A stretch of DNA of 60,088 nt, counting the filler, from an uncultured Thermoplasmatales archaeon (lineage in GTDB: Archaea; Thermoplasmatota; E2; DHVEG-1), in assembly GCA_964517155.1 (NCBI GenBank). It is 4 parts of 4 records of this genome, joined end to end, with 100 filler letters (N's around TTAATTAATTAA, not from the genome) between each part and the next. Parts side by side here need not be neighbours in the genome. Positions count along the whole stretch, not along the records: positions 9,954 to 21,557 come from CAZFAZ010000083.1; 3 more parts are not named here. The stretch is one strand, 5' to 3'. The notes under the pieces are model-generated. The model did not search any database. It saw only the letters and a program-made list of their open reading frames with translations, and had not been told where the DNA came from. Below are positions 9,954-18,814 of this stretch, piece by piece (the first letter of the stretch is position 1; every line of letters begins with the position of its first letter). The position numbers and the translations under genes were made by a program.

Positions 9954-10780
9954 ATGCTCCAGTAACAGTAAAAGCAAATGAGTATGAGATACCAAGTGAA
10001 AGAATTTGGAGAAAAGACAATAAAATATATGTTTTAGACGACCCTGAAACAACATATACATTTACTTATAATGGAATTATTATTCCTGCGGTATTAGAAT
10101 ACATAAAATTTTATCCATCCGAACATAGTACTATTTGTCAGGACAACCCCTCGATTACAATCAGTTGCAATACCGAAGCCATCATCACTTATGCTGATTT
10201 TTATAACCGCGATACAAAAAAAACAATTGACATAATTGATTTATTAAAAACTTCAAATTATAAAACTTATACCTATACACCAGATAATACACTTAGCGAT
10301 GGAGAATATGAAATATGGATTAAGGCAAAAGATAAAAACGGAAATGAAAAAGAAAACAGCTCAGTATATTTGTTTGAAGCATATGAGATACAAGAAGAAT
10401 CAATTTTGAATATCAATAATCTAATAATGACTGGAACAATAATATTTATTGTAGTAGCAATTTTTATACTTTCAAAAAAACTTAACATAACATTTGAAAG
10501 CTTTATCTATTTTAGAGATAAAAAGATAATACCCTTTATAAAACCAATAATATTTGGTCCCTTAAAAATTGATGTAAACGATGAAAAGATAAGTAAGGCA
10601 GAATTTTATTTAAACGGTGAGCTTAAAGATACTTTAACCCAAGCACCCTATACCTGGAAGTTTGATGAGCATTCTTTTATGAAACATAAAATTGAGACAA
10701 TAGTATATGACCAACAAGGAAATAGTAGTTCTAGTGGCGAGATGACTTTTTATGTATTCAATCCACATTTTTTTAAATAA
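9954..10780 (+). CDS. partial secreted/membrane protein with Ig-like domains (5' end lost in gap)
   Basis: Frame of the 10370 ORF is open from 9956 (..APVTVKANEY..LSDGEYEIWIKAKDKNGN..); TM helix, then C-terminal Ig-like domain (AEFYLNGELK..APYTW..YDQQGN). Confidence 0.75.
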
Positions 10781-10821
10781 TTAGACAAGTTTTATCAAAT
10801 CAAAACCATTTTTCACTTATT

Positions 10822-11472
10822 ATGAAAATACATTGTATATCTGGCATAAGTTATGATTCAAATATTTATATTATAACTGGTAAGATACCCACAATTATTG
10901 ATTGTGGTACAGGATTAAACCAGGAATATATAAAAGATAAAATATCTGAAATTATAAACCCTAAAGAAATCTTGCAGATAATACTTACTCATGAACATTA
11001 TGATCACTGCGGCGGTGTAAAAAAAATCTATGAGCTTTGCAATAAAAATGTTAAAGTTTTTGCACATAAAAATGCATCAGATAAAATCGAAAAAGGAGAA
11101 AGTTTTTTTGCAAGAATGCTGGGCGGCGTTATGCCTGAAATGCCAGTTGATGTAAAACTTAACGACAAGGATACAATCAAAATTGGTGATGAAGACTTTA
11201 TTGTAATTCATACGCCAGGTCATACTCCAGGTTGTATCTGTTTATATTCTACAAAAAGTAAAACATTGTTTTCTGGTGACACAATTTTTGCACACGGCTC
11301 TTTTGGCAGATATGATCTTCCAGGAGGTGATATATCTGCCTTACAAGATTCAATTCAAAGACTCTCAATATTAGATATAAAAAATCTTTATCCAGGTCAT
11401 GATGTAATTGTTGAGGGCGATGGAAATATTCATATAAACAAAACACTTGAAAATATAAGATATACAGTATGA
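10822..11472 (+). CDS. MBL-fold metallo-hydrolase (glyoxalase II-like)
   Basis: THEHYDHCGG, HTPGHTPG, LFSGD, YPGH. Confidence 0.9.
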   Translation: MKIHCISGISYDSNIYIITGKIPTIIDCGTGLNQEYIKDKISEIINPKEILQIILTHEHYDHCGGVKKIYELCNKNVKVFAHKNASDKIEKGESFFARMLGGVMPEMPVDVKLNDKDTIKIGDEDFIVIHTPGHTPGCICLYSTKSKTLFSGDTIFAHGSFGRYDLPGGDISALQDSIQRLSILDIKNLYPGHDVIVEGDGNIHINKTLENIRYTV

Positions 11473-11479
11473 GAAAGAT

Positions 11480-11716
11480 ATGAATCCGCGTGATGTTTTA
11501 AACAAGATAAAATGGGATAAAAACTATGATTTTAAGCTTATTGAAATATCTTATATTCACAGAGGAGCAAAAAATGACACAAGGATAATTACAGGTAGCA
11601 AAGTTTTAGATATACAAAAAACCTTTATTAAAACCAATTCTGTAATGATACCAATGCATAGAGTTTTTAAAATTAAATATAATGAAAAAATAATTTTTGA
11701 ACGCAAAAAAACTTAG
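11480..11716 (+). CDS. DUF504 (MJ1316-like) small protein
   Basis: PRDVLNKIKWD...YIHRGA...IPMHRV pattern. Confidence 0.82.
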   Translation: MNPRDVLNKIKWDKNYDFKLIEISYIHRGAKNDTRIITGSKVLDIQKTFIKTNSVMIPMHRVFKIKYNEKIIFERKKT

Positions 11717-11756
11717 TTAAATTTTAAAAACATTAAACGTTTATTAAAAACTTGAT

Positions 11757-12599
11757 ATGATTATAAAACCAATATCGTCTGATTCACTAGGCGTTCGTTC
11801 TATGGCAACATATATTGAAACAAAAGACTGCAAAATATTAATCGATCCATCTGCTGCACTTGGGCCTAAAAGATATAGCTTGCCACCGCATCAAAAAGAA
11901 ATGGAAACACTTTACAACACAAAAAATAAAATTGCAGAAATTGCAGAAAAATGCAATATTCTAACAATTTCACATTATCATTATGATCATTACGACCCAA
12001 ATGAAATTTTTTATAAAAACAAAAAAGTTTTTGCAAAAGACATATCACAAAATATAAACAAATCACAAAAAAAAAGAGGGACTGAGTTTAAAGAAAAAAT
12101 AAAAAACAGCTGCAAGCTTATTTATTGTGACAACACACAACATAAATTCGGAGATACAACTATCACGTTTTCACCAGCTTTTTTTCATGGACCTGAAAAC
12201 ATAAGACTCGGTTATGTAATAATGACAACAGTTGATGATGGTAAAAAAAGAGTTCTTCATGCATCAGATGTACAAGGCCCAGTAACAAAAGATGCAACAG
12301 ATTATATAATAAAACAAAATCCAGATGTTTTAATTATGGATGGTCCTGCTACAATATTTCTAGGTTGGAAGTTTAGCATGCAAAATTTACAAGATTCATC
12401 TGATAATCTAATCAAAATATTAAAAGAAACAAAATCTGAGATAATACTTGACCATCATCTGCTTAGAGACATAAAATACAAAGAAATTTACCCAGAACCA
12501 TATAAAATAGGCAAAAAAAGAGTTAAAACTTTCGCAGAATATTTAGGTAAGGAAAATAATACCCTTGAGGCACACAGAAAAAAACTGTGGGGTAAATAA
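11757..12599 (+). CDS. UPF0282 family MBL-fold hydrolase
   Basis: SLGVRSMAT, IDPSAALGPKRY.LPPH, SHYHYDH, ASDVQGP, DHHLLRD. Confidence 0.85.
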   Translation: MIIKPISSDSLGVRSMATYIETKDCKILIDPSAALGPKRYSLPPHQKEMETLYNTKNKIAEIAEKCNILTISHYHYDHYDPNEIFYKNKKVFAKDISQNINKSQKKRGTEFKEKIKNSCKLIYCDNTQHKFGDTTITFSPAFFHGPENIRLGYVIMTTVDDGKKRVLHASDVQGPVTKDATDYIIKQNPDVLIMDGPATIFLGWKFSMQNLQDSSDNLIKILKETKSEIILDHHLLRDIKYKEIYPEPYKIGKKRVKTFAEYLGKENNTLEAHRKKLWGK

Positions 12600-12600
12600 A

Positions 12601-12888
12601 ATGAGCTTTGAGAAGAGATTAGAAAAGACAATTGAAAAAAAAGAACAGCAAATTGAAAAAGAAAAACAAAAAATAGAGGCGTTAAAAGAAAAACTAGATT
12701 CAGGTAAAATGACAAGAGCTGCTTTTAACATTAAAAAGAAACATCATGAAGAAAAAATAAAAGCAATGAACGCAAGGATGAGAATTCTTCAGGGTGGACT
12801 TACAAAAGAAAAAAGAAACCAGGAAGAGCTTGCTGAGAAAAAAAAGAAAAAACAAGAAGAAAAACAAAAAAAGAAGGAAAAAAAGTAA
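12601..12888 (+). CDS. hypothetical Lys/Glu-rich coiled-coil protein
   Basis: ATG directly after the previous stop, SD GGGGT; highly charged helical sequence. Confidence 0.7.
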   Translation: MSFEKRLEKTIEKKEQQIEKEKQKIEALKEKLDSGKMTRAAFNIKKKHHEEKIKAMNARMRILQGGLTKEKRNQEELAEKKKKKQEEKQKKKEKK

Positions 12889-12892
12889 TAAT

Positions 12893-13177
12893 CTAATGTT
12901 TTAAAATAAAGTCTTCAAACATCTCCGATACATCTTTATTTACAATTTTAACATCATCTACTTTTGCAAGTGGTGGACCTTTATAACACCAGTTAATCAT
13001 TTCATTTACTTGTTTTTCGCTACCTTGAAAAACTGCTTCTACACAGCCATCCTCTGTGTTTCTGACCCATCCCGTTATTCCCAATTGTTCTGCTTTTTGC
13101 TTGGTACTTGCACGATACCATACTCCTTGAACACGCCCAGATATCAAAACATGTATGGATGCTTTAATAAAAACCAC
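12893..13177 (-). CDS. acyP: acylphosphatase
   Basis: ISGRVQGVWYR, GWVRNTEDG, GPPLAKV; start probably at or near GTG 13177, just after the asnS stop. Confidence 0.92.
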   Translation of the reverse strand: MVFIKASIHVLISGRVQGVWYRASTKQKAEQLGITGWVRNTEDGCVEAVFQGSEKQVNEMINWCYKGPPLAKVDDVKIVNKDVSEMFEDFILKH

Positions 13178-13178
13178 C

Positions 13179-14489
13179 TTATGGCCTAAACCGCAAGATA
13201 GTACGCGGGAAAGGTATTGCATCTTTTATATTATCTATCCCACAAATCCAAGCAACAACTCGCTCAACACCTACACCATAACCGCTATGCGGGACAGAAC
13301 CGTATCTTCTCAGATCAAAATACCATTCATAGTTCTCTATTTTTTCACCCATAGCATTCAAGCGCTCAGTCATATCCTTAATATCTGTACTTCTTTGCGA
13401 ACCACCAACTATTTCACCGTATCCTTCAGGTGCAATCATGTCAAAACATAAAGCTGTTTTTTTATCTTTAGGATCCCCTGGTTTATAAAAGGCCATGATT
13501 TCAATAGGATAATTTGTAACAACAACAGGTGTTTTAAAATGATTCATAAGCTTGTTTTCTTCAATAGTTCTAAGATCTTTACCCCACTCTACATTCATGC
13601 CTTCTTTTTTATTTAAGATATCAATTGCTTCTGTGTAAGTAATTGTTGGATATTCTGCTTTTGCCATATGTTCTAGTTTTTTGATATCTTGTCCAAGAAG
13701 TTCTAGTTCTTTGTAATTATTTGCTAAAACTTCTTTTAAAATAAATTTAATCTCATCTTTTGCAACCTGAGTTACTTCACCTAACCCCATCCATGCTGCT
13801 TCCATCTCTGCCATCCAAAATTCAGATAGATGTCTAGACGTTTTTGATTTTTCAGCTCTAAAAGTAGGACCCATATTATATATTTTTTCAAGAGCAAATA
13901 TTCCTGCTTCTGCATAAAGCTGCCAAGACTGTGAAAGATACGTTTTATCCTCATAATATTTAACTTCAAAAAGAGTGCTACCTCCTTCACATTGATTTGG
14001 TTGAAGAACTGGCGCATCAAACTCAAAATAACCTCTATCTCTAAAGAATTTATGAATCGCACCAACAACCGCCGAGCGTATTTTAAGAATCGCCGAGAGT
14101 TTTTGAGAACGAATCCATAAATGTCGGTTATCTAGTAAAAACTCAGGGCTTTGATCTTTTGTAATTGGAAACGGCTCTGCAAAATTTATAACTTTAAAAC
14201 CTGTAACTTTTAACTCAAATCCACCTGGTGCTCTTTCATCTTTTTTAACATCACCTGTTATTTCTAAACTGGATTCTATAAGTGCTTTTTTAGCATCTTC
14301 AAACTCTTTATCAGAAAGATTTCCTTTTTTAACAGTTGCCTGCAGAATACCTGATGAATCACGTATAACAGTAAAAACAATATTTCCACTACTGCGTGTA
14401 CGATAAATCCATCCACGTATATTTACAGTTTTATCTGTTTTTTTATCTTCGAGTATATCATCTATTTTAGTCCATAAAGATTCAGACAT
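13179..14489 (-). CDS. asnS: asparagine--tRNA ligase
   Basis: OB fold N-terminus, RHLWIRS, CEGGSTLF, YLSQSWQLY, FRAEKS.T.RHLSEF, YGSVPHSGYG. Confidence 0.93.
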   Translation of the reverse strand: MSESLWTKIDDILEDKKTDKTVNIRGWIYRTRSSGNIVFTVIRDSSGILQATVKKGNLSDKEFEDAKKALIESSLEITGDVKKDERAPGGFELKVTGFKVINFAEPFPITKDQSPEFLLDNRHLWIRSQKLSAILKIRSAVVGAIHKFFRDRGYFEFDAPVLQPNQCEGGSTLFEVKYYEDKTYLSQSWQLYAEAGIFALEKIYNMGPTFRAEKSKTSRHLSEFWMAEMEAAWMGLGEVTQVAKDEIKFILKEVLANNYKELELLGQDIKKLEHMAKAEYPTITYTEAIDILNKKEGMNVEWGKDLRTIEENKLMNHFKTPVVVTNYPIEIMAFYKPGDPKDKKTALCFDMIAPEGYGEIVGGSQRSTDIKDMTERLNAMGEKIENYEWYFDLRRYGSVPHSGYGVGVERVVAWICGIDNIKDAIPFPRTILRFRP

Positions 14490-14665
14490 AATTATCTCAC
14501 TTAATCACCGGGATATAATTTGAGCATAAATCAATTACGGTAAAAATTTAAAAAACATGCTCAGATAAACCTCCCTAACGCTTAAATACAGCTTCTTTTA
14601 TTATTGGCTTTACTTTCCTTATTATAAATAAGGTTAATTATAATAAAAAATAAGAGGTTATAAAC

Positions 14666-15394
14666 TTGGATAAAGAAACAAAAGAAAACAAAGAAATGCC
14701 TGAAGATCCTGTAGAAGAAACTACAGGGGAGGATAAAATCCAAGACAAGGCAGAAGAAGCAGTTGAAAAACAAATAAAAGACGAACCAACACCCGATGAA
14801 GAATCAGAAGAGATAGTTGAAAAAACAACTGAAGAAGAAACAGACAAAAAAGAAGAAAAGAAAATAGAAACTAAAAAAACTGGTAAAAAAGAGAAAAAAG
14901 AAGAAAAAGAAAAACCAAAGAAAACCATTGATCACGGCCCTGATTTTAAATATATAATCCGTCTTTCAAACACAGATATAGACGGGGAAAAAAGAGTTAT
15001 CTATGGCCTTACAACAGTAAAAGGTGTCGGGATTCAGATGGCATCGCTTATAATCAATGAAACAGGGATAAATCGACATATGAAAGTCGGTGATCTTTCT
15101 GATGCGCAAATTGAAAAACTTCAGAATGCAATAGATAGCATTACAAAAAATGCTCCTAAATGGATGCTGAATCATAGAAAAGATTACGATACTGGTGAAG
15201 ATATACATTTAATTGGAAATGAAATTGATGTGCGTCTGCGTGATGAAATTAACATTATGAAAAAAATACGATCATACCGGGGAATACGTCATGAGAGAGG
15301 TTTGGCAGTTAGAGGACAAAGAACTAAGGCAAACAACCGCAGAGGATTAGCACTGGGTGTATCAAAAAAGAAAGAGCAACCAGGGGGTAAGTAA
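14666..15394 (+). CDS. rps13: 30S ribosomal protein uS13 with ~90-aa charged N-terminal extension
   Basis: FKYIIRL..TDIDG, IRSYRGIRHERGLAVRGQRTK; TTG start after GAGGT. Confidence 0.95.
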   Translation: MDKETKENKEMPEDPVEETTGEDKIQDKAEEAVEKQIKDEPTPDEESEEIVEKTTEEETDKKEEKKIETKKTGKKEKKEEKEKPKKTIDHGPDFKYIIRLSNTDIDGEKRVIYGLTTVKGVGIQMASLIINETGINRHMKVGDLSDAQIEKLQNAIDSITKNAPKWMLNHRKDYDTGEDIHLIGNEIDVRLRDEINIMKKIRSYRGIRHERGLAVRGQRTKANNRRGLALGVSKKKEQPGGK

Positions 15395-15397
15395 AGT

Positions 15398-16180
15398 ATG
15401 GGCAGACCAAAGTTTTCAAGGAAAAAATATGAAACACCTAGCCACCCTTGGCAGGAAGACAGAATAAAACAGGAAAACGAATTAGTTAAAAAATACGGTT
15501 TGAAAAACAAAAGAGAGATATGGAAAGCACAAACGCGTCTTAGAAAATATCGTGGACAAGCAAGAGAATTACTTGCAAAGGTAAAAACCGGAGAGCCTCA
15601 GAGTAAAAAAGAAAGTGATCAGCTTATTATGCATCTTAACCGTATGAATATTTTACCTGTTAATTCCTCATTAGATGATGTTCTTGCACTTGACACAGAA
15701 TCAATACTTGGAAGAAGACTTCAAACACTTACATATTTGAAAGGTCTCTCAAGTACACCTAATCAAGCAAGACAGCTTATTTCACATGGGCATATCTTAA
15801 TTAGAGAACGGAAAGTCACAGTTCCTGGGTATATGGTTACAAAAGAAGAAGAAGCAGAAATAGGATATACTTATTCTTCTCCTTTAAATGATTTAACGCA
15901 TCCAGCAAGACCTAAATCTGATTTTAAATCAATGCCTATTAAAAAAGAAATAAAAACAGAGAAAATACCTGAAGACAAAAAAGAGCCAGTAGAAGAAACT
16001 AAAAAACCTCAAGAGGAACAAGTAAAAAAAGAAATAAAGCAAGAAGCTGTTAAAACAGAGAAACTACCTGAAGATAAAAAAGAGCCAGTAGAAGAAACTA
16101 AAAAACCTCAAGAGGAACAAGTAAAAAAAGAAGTAAAACCTAAAGAATCAAAAAAAGAAAAAAATGAGGAGGAAAAATAA
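15398..16180 (+). CDS. rps4: 30S ribosomal protein uS4 with duplicated charged C-terminal extension
   Basis: [44 protein letters not shown]. Confidence 0.95.
   Translation: MGRPKFSRKKYETPSHPWQEDRIKQENELVKKYGLKNKREIWKAQTRLRKYRGQARELLAKVKTGEPQSKKESDQLIMHLNRMNILPVNSSLDDVLALDTESILGRRLQTLTYLKGLSSTPNQARQLISHGHILIRERKVTVPGYMVTKEEEAEIGYTYSSPLNDLTHPARPKSDFKSMPIKKEIKTEKIPEDKKEPVEETKKPQEEQVKKEIKQEAVKTEKLPEDKKEPVEETKKPQEEQVKKEVKPKESKKEKNEEEK
15953..16137 (+). repeat. in-frame direct repeat, two ~86-bp copies with 99-bp period, in the rps4 tail
   Basis: AAAACAGAGAAA(A/C)TACCTGAAGA(C/T)AAAAAAGAGCCAGTAGAAGAAACT...GTAAAAAAAGAA at 15953 and 16052. Confidence 0.92.
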
Positions 16181-16563
16181 TGGGAAGATTAGGAGTTGCA
16201 CATATTTTTGCATCATTTAATAATATAATTATCACAGTTACCGATCTTACTGGCGCTGAAACATTTTCTCGTTGTTCTGGTGGAATGGTTACTAAATCTG
16301 CAAAAGATGAAGGTTCACCTTATACTGCTATGAAGGTTGCACAAACAGTTGCTGAACAAATTCTTGAAAAAGGAATCGATCGTGTAAATGTAAAAGTACG
16401 TGGACAAGGTGGAAATAAAGGTTCGACCCCGGGTCGTGGTGCTCAAGCAGCCATACGTGCACTTGTTCGCAGTGGCCTAAAGATAGGTAAAATAGAAGAT
16501 GTAACACCTTTGCCACATGATGGATGCAGAAAGAAAGGCGGACGGCGCGGCAGGAGAATTTAG
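16180..16563 (+). CDS. rps11: 30S ribosomal protein uS11
   Basis: [37 protein letters not shown]. Confidence 0.96.
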   Translation: MGRLGVAHIFASFNNIIITVTDLTGAETFSRCSGGMVTKSAKDEGSPYTAMKVAQTVAEQILEKGIDRVNVKVRGQGGNKGSTPGRGAQAAIRALVRSGLKIGKIEDVTPLPHDGCRKKGGRRGRRI

Positions 16564-16574
16564 GGTGAAACAAT

Positions 16575-17369
16575 ATGAAAGTTGATGTAAAAGAGCTAAA
16601 AGCAAAAAAAGCTGTTTTAAAAATTGAAGATACAAATCTTTATTTTTTAAACTCGCTAAGACGTGTTATGTTATCAGAGCTTCCAAAGCTTGCTGTTGAT
16701 GATGTTGTAATATATGATAATACAAGCGCACTTTTTGATGAAATAATATCTCATCGCCTAGGTTTGATTCCAATACCCACAGATCTTAGCTTGATAACTT
16801 TTAAAGATAAATGTGTATGTAAAGGCAAGGGATGTCCTAATTGCACTGTTAGATATACTCTAAGTAAAGAAGGAGAGGGAAATGTTTTATCTGGCGATCT
16901 TCAACCATCTGAAAAAAGCTGGGCGATAACTGAAGATAAAATACCAATTGTAAGACTTTATGGAGAACAAAGACTTATACTTGAAGTTGAAGCAGTTTTG
17001 GGTTGCGGTAAAGATCATGCTAAATGGCAGTCAGTACAAGCACCAGGATATCAGATGGATATAACTATAGAGTTTGATAAAAATAAAATAGAAGACGTTA
17101 AAAATATAATAGCAAAAATGCCTGAAGATGCTGCAGAAATTAAAAATGATAAAATTGTTTTAAAAGATGAGAAAAAACTATCTGTTTTAGAATCATATAT
17201 TGATAAAGAAAAAATTGATTTTATAACTATTAAACGCGATCCGACAAGAGTTACATTTAGTTTTGAAACAGATGGCTCACTTACTGCAAAAGATGCAATC
17301 GTAGAATCAGCAAAAATACTTGAGGGAAAATACAGCGAATTTGCAAAAAAACTTAAAAGCTTAAAATAA
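16575..17369 (+). CDS. rpoD: DNA-directed RNA polymerase subunit D (Rpo3)
   Basis: NSLRRVML.ELP.LAVD.V.IYDNTSALFDEIISHRLGLIP, CVCKGKGCPNC, HAKWQ, ETDGSL. Confidence 0.95.
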   Translation: MKVDVKELKAKKAVLKIEDTNLYFLNSLRRVMLSELPKLAVDDVVIYDNTSALFDEIISHRLGLIPIPTDLSLITFKDKCVCKGKGCPNCTVRYTLSKEGEGNVLSGDLQPSEKSWAITEDKIPIVRLYGEQRLILEVEAVLGCGKDHAKWQSVQAPGYQMDITIEFDKNKIEDVKNIIAKMPEDAAEIKNDKIVLKDEKKLSVLESYIDKEKIDFITIKRDPTRVTFSFETDGSLTAKDAIVESAKILEGKYSEFAKKLKSLK

Positions 17370-17440
17370 GCTAATTTTTTTCTTTTTTTTAATAACAACA
17401 ATTTTTAATCTATTTTATATTCAAGTTTCTTAAGTATTCT

Positions 17441-17513
17441 GGGCCTGTGGGGTAGCTTGGTATCCTTGTAGCTTCGGGAGTTATAGACTTGAGTTCAAAT
17501 CTCAGCAGGCCCA
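17441..17513 (+). tRNA. tRNA-Pro(CGG)
   Basis: Acceptor GGGCCTG/CAGGCCC, anticodon loop TT-CGG-GA, T arm TTGAG-TTCAAAT-CTCAG, no encoded CCA. Confidence 0.92.
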
Positions 17514-17520
17514 TACACAT

Positions 17521-17541
17521 CATATGGAGAGAGTCCATGTG
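17521..17541 (+). terminator. hairpin just downstream of tRNA-Pro, inside the element's left end
   Basis: CATATGGA-GAGAG-TCCATGTG stem-loop; lies between convergent tRNA and integrase transcripts. Confidence 0.4.
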
Positions 17542-17570
17542 AAACAGAGGTTTTTCGTAGAAGTTTTACT

Positions 17571-18548
17571 TTATCCTTTTTTCATGATGTATTTAAACCA
17601 GTCAAAAGGTGCTTGCCGCATGTACTGTTTGGCATCACGAACATAGGTCATTGTAGTCTGGATCTCGCTATGCCCAAGCCAGTCTCTTACGTCATATATG
17701 TCAAATCTTTTTGTCTCCAGTTTAGTTTTAATTAGTTTACCTGTTGCACACCAATGTCTTGAAACATATGGTTGATATTCTGGAAAAATAGGTTTAACTC
17801 TACGGGTTACAAACATACGGTATTGGAATTTTTCAATAGGTCGGCCGTCTGGTCTTAGATATAATGAATTTCCACTATGTTGGTTTTCTACTTTTGGTCT
17901 CCATTTATCTATCCAGTTCTTGAAACTTTTCCTTGTTTTACCAGTCATTAATGCTTTTTCTGGTATAATCACTCTGCTTGTTTGATGTTTCTTTGGTTCT
18001 CTAATTATAATTATTCCTTTGTCAAGTTTGACATCATCAACTGTCATTGTGCATGTTTCTGATGGATTTCGCCAACCGATCATAAAAGAATGCATCAATG
18101 TGTATTGTATGAACGCGTTTTCATATTCATCTTTACTGTATTTGTGATGTATCATTTTATGAACAATATCTGGACTTGGAATTACTCTTGCTTTAGTTTT
18201 TGGAACTGATGGCGGTTTATAGTTCCAGTCAGTTAGTGGTATTCCATATGCATTGAGAAACGTCTTCATTGTTTTCCATTCATGAGAAAGAGCCGATGCA
18301 CCTGCAAGTTCTATTTGTTCACGATAATCCATGTGTCTAATAAAATTTTCATAATGTGGATTTCTAAAATCCACCGGACATGGATGCTTTTCCATGAACC
18401 TTGCATACCTCATCCTTTTTTCAACAGTGCTTCTTGAAAGCCTTTGTCTTAGTAAGGCATGAATTGCTACATCATCAAATGATGCTTCTTGTGAATTTAA
18501 AGAGATAGGACAGTCTAATCTACCAAGATTTTCTATGTTATTTAACAA
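17571..18548 (-). CDS. site-specific tyrosine recombinase/integrase
   Basis: Catalytic set: GWRNPSE (R), EPKK (K), YVSRH (variant of HxxR), WLGHS, TMTY (Y); TTG start with GGGGG SD. Confidence 0.9.
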   Translation of the reverse strand: MLNNIENLGRLDCPISLNSQEASFDDVAIHALLRQRLSRSTVEKRMRYARFMEKHPCPVDFRNPHYENFIRHMDYREQIELAGASALSHEWKTMKTFLNAYGIPLTDWNYKPPSVPKTKARVIPSPDIVHKMIHHKYSKDEYENAFIQYTLMHSFMIGWRNPSETCTMTVDDVKLDKGIIIIREPKKHQTSRVIIPEKALMTGKTRKSFKNWIDKWRPKVENQHSGNSLYLRPDGRPIEKFQYRMFVTRRVKPIFPEYQPYVSRHWCATGKLIKTKLETKRFDIYDVRDWLGHSEIQTTMTYVRDAKQYMRQAPFDWFKYIMKKG

Positions 18549-18560
18549 GTATTTTCCCCC

Positions 18561-18638
18561 TTATATTGTCTTACTTTGTAAGACAATATAATGTAATGTA
18601 TTGCAAGTATTTATATTTTTCTGTCTTATTATGTCTTA
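18561..18638. promoter_or_regulatory. operator array between the divergent integrase and RHH genes
   Basis: Perfect 14-bp inverted repeat TTATATTGTCTTAC-TTT-GTAAGACAATATAA (18561-18591) plus TGTCTTA repeats at 18622 and 18632. Confidence 0.7.
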
Positions 18639-18648
18639 TGTTGTAATT

Positions 18649-18795
18649 ATGTCAAAAAGAGATACAATATCAGTTACAATTAGGCTGCCAAAAGATCTTG
18701 TCGAATGGATAGACTTACAAGTAGATGGTGTTGAAAATAGAAACAGGACACATGTCATTGAAAAAGCTTTGAATAAGTATAAAAAGTCGTTTTGA
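18649..18795 (+). CDS. ribbon-helix-helix (CopG/NikR-like) regulator
   Basis: MSKRDTISVTIRLPKDLVEWID...NRTHVIEKAL: beta-ribbon plus two helices; start refined to ATG 18649. Confidence 0.82.
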   Translation: MSKRDTISVTIRLPKDLVEWIDLQVDGVENRNRTHVIEKALNKYKKSF

Positions 18796-18814
18796 AATAT
18801 TAGCTGGAGTAATT

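Noticed and set aside
15953..16137. Direct repeats as a possible CRISPR array
   Set aside because: Only two long in-frame copies inside rps4; no spacer structure and no cas genes. No CRISPR array was seen in the window
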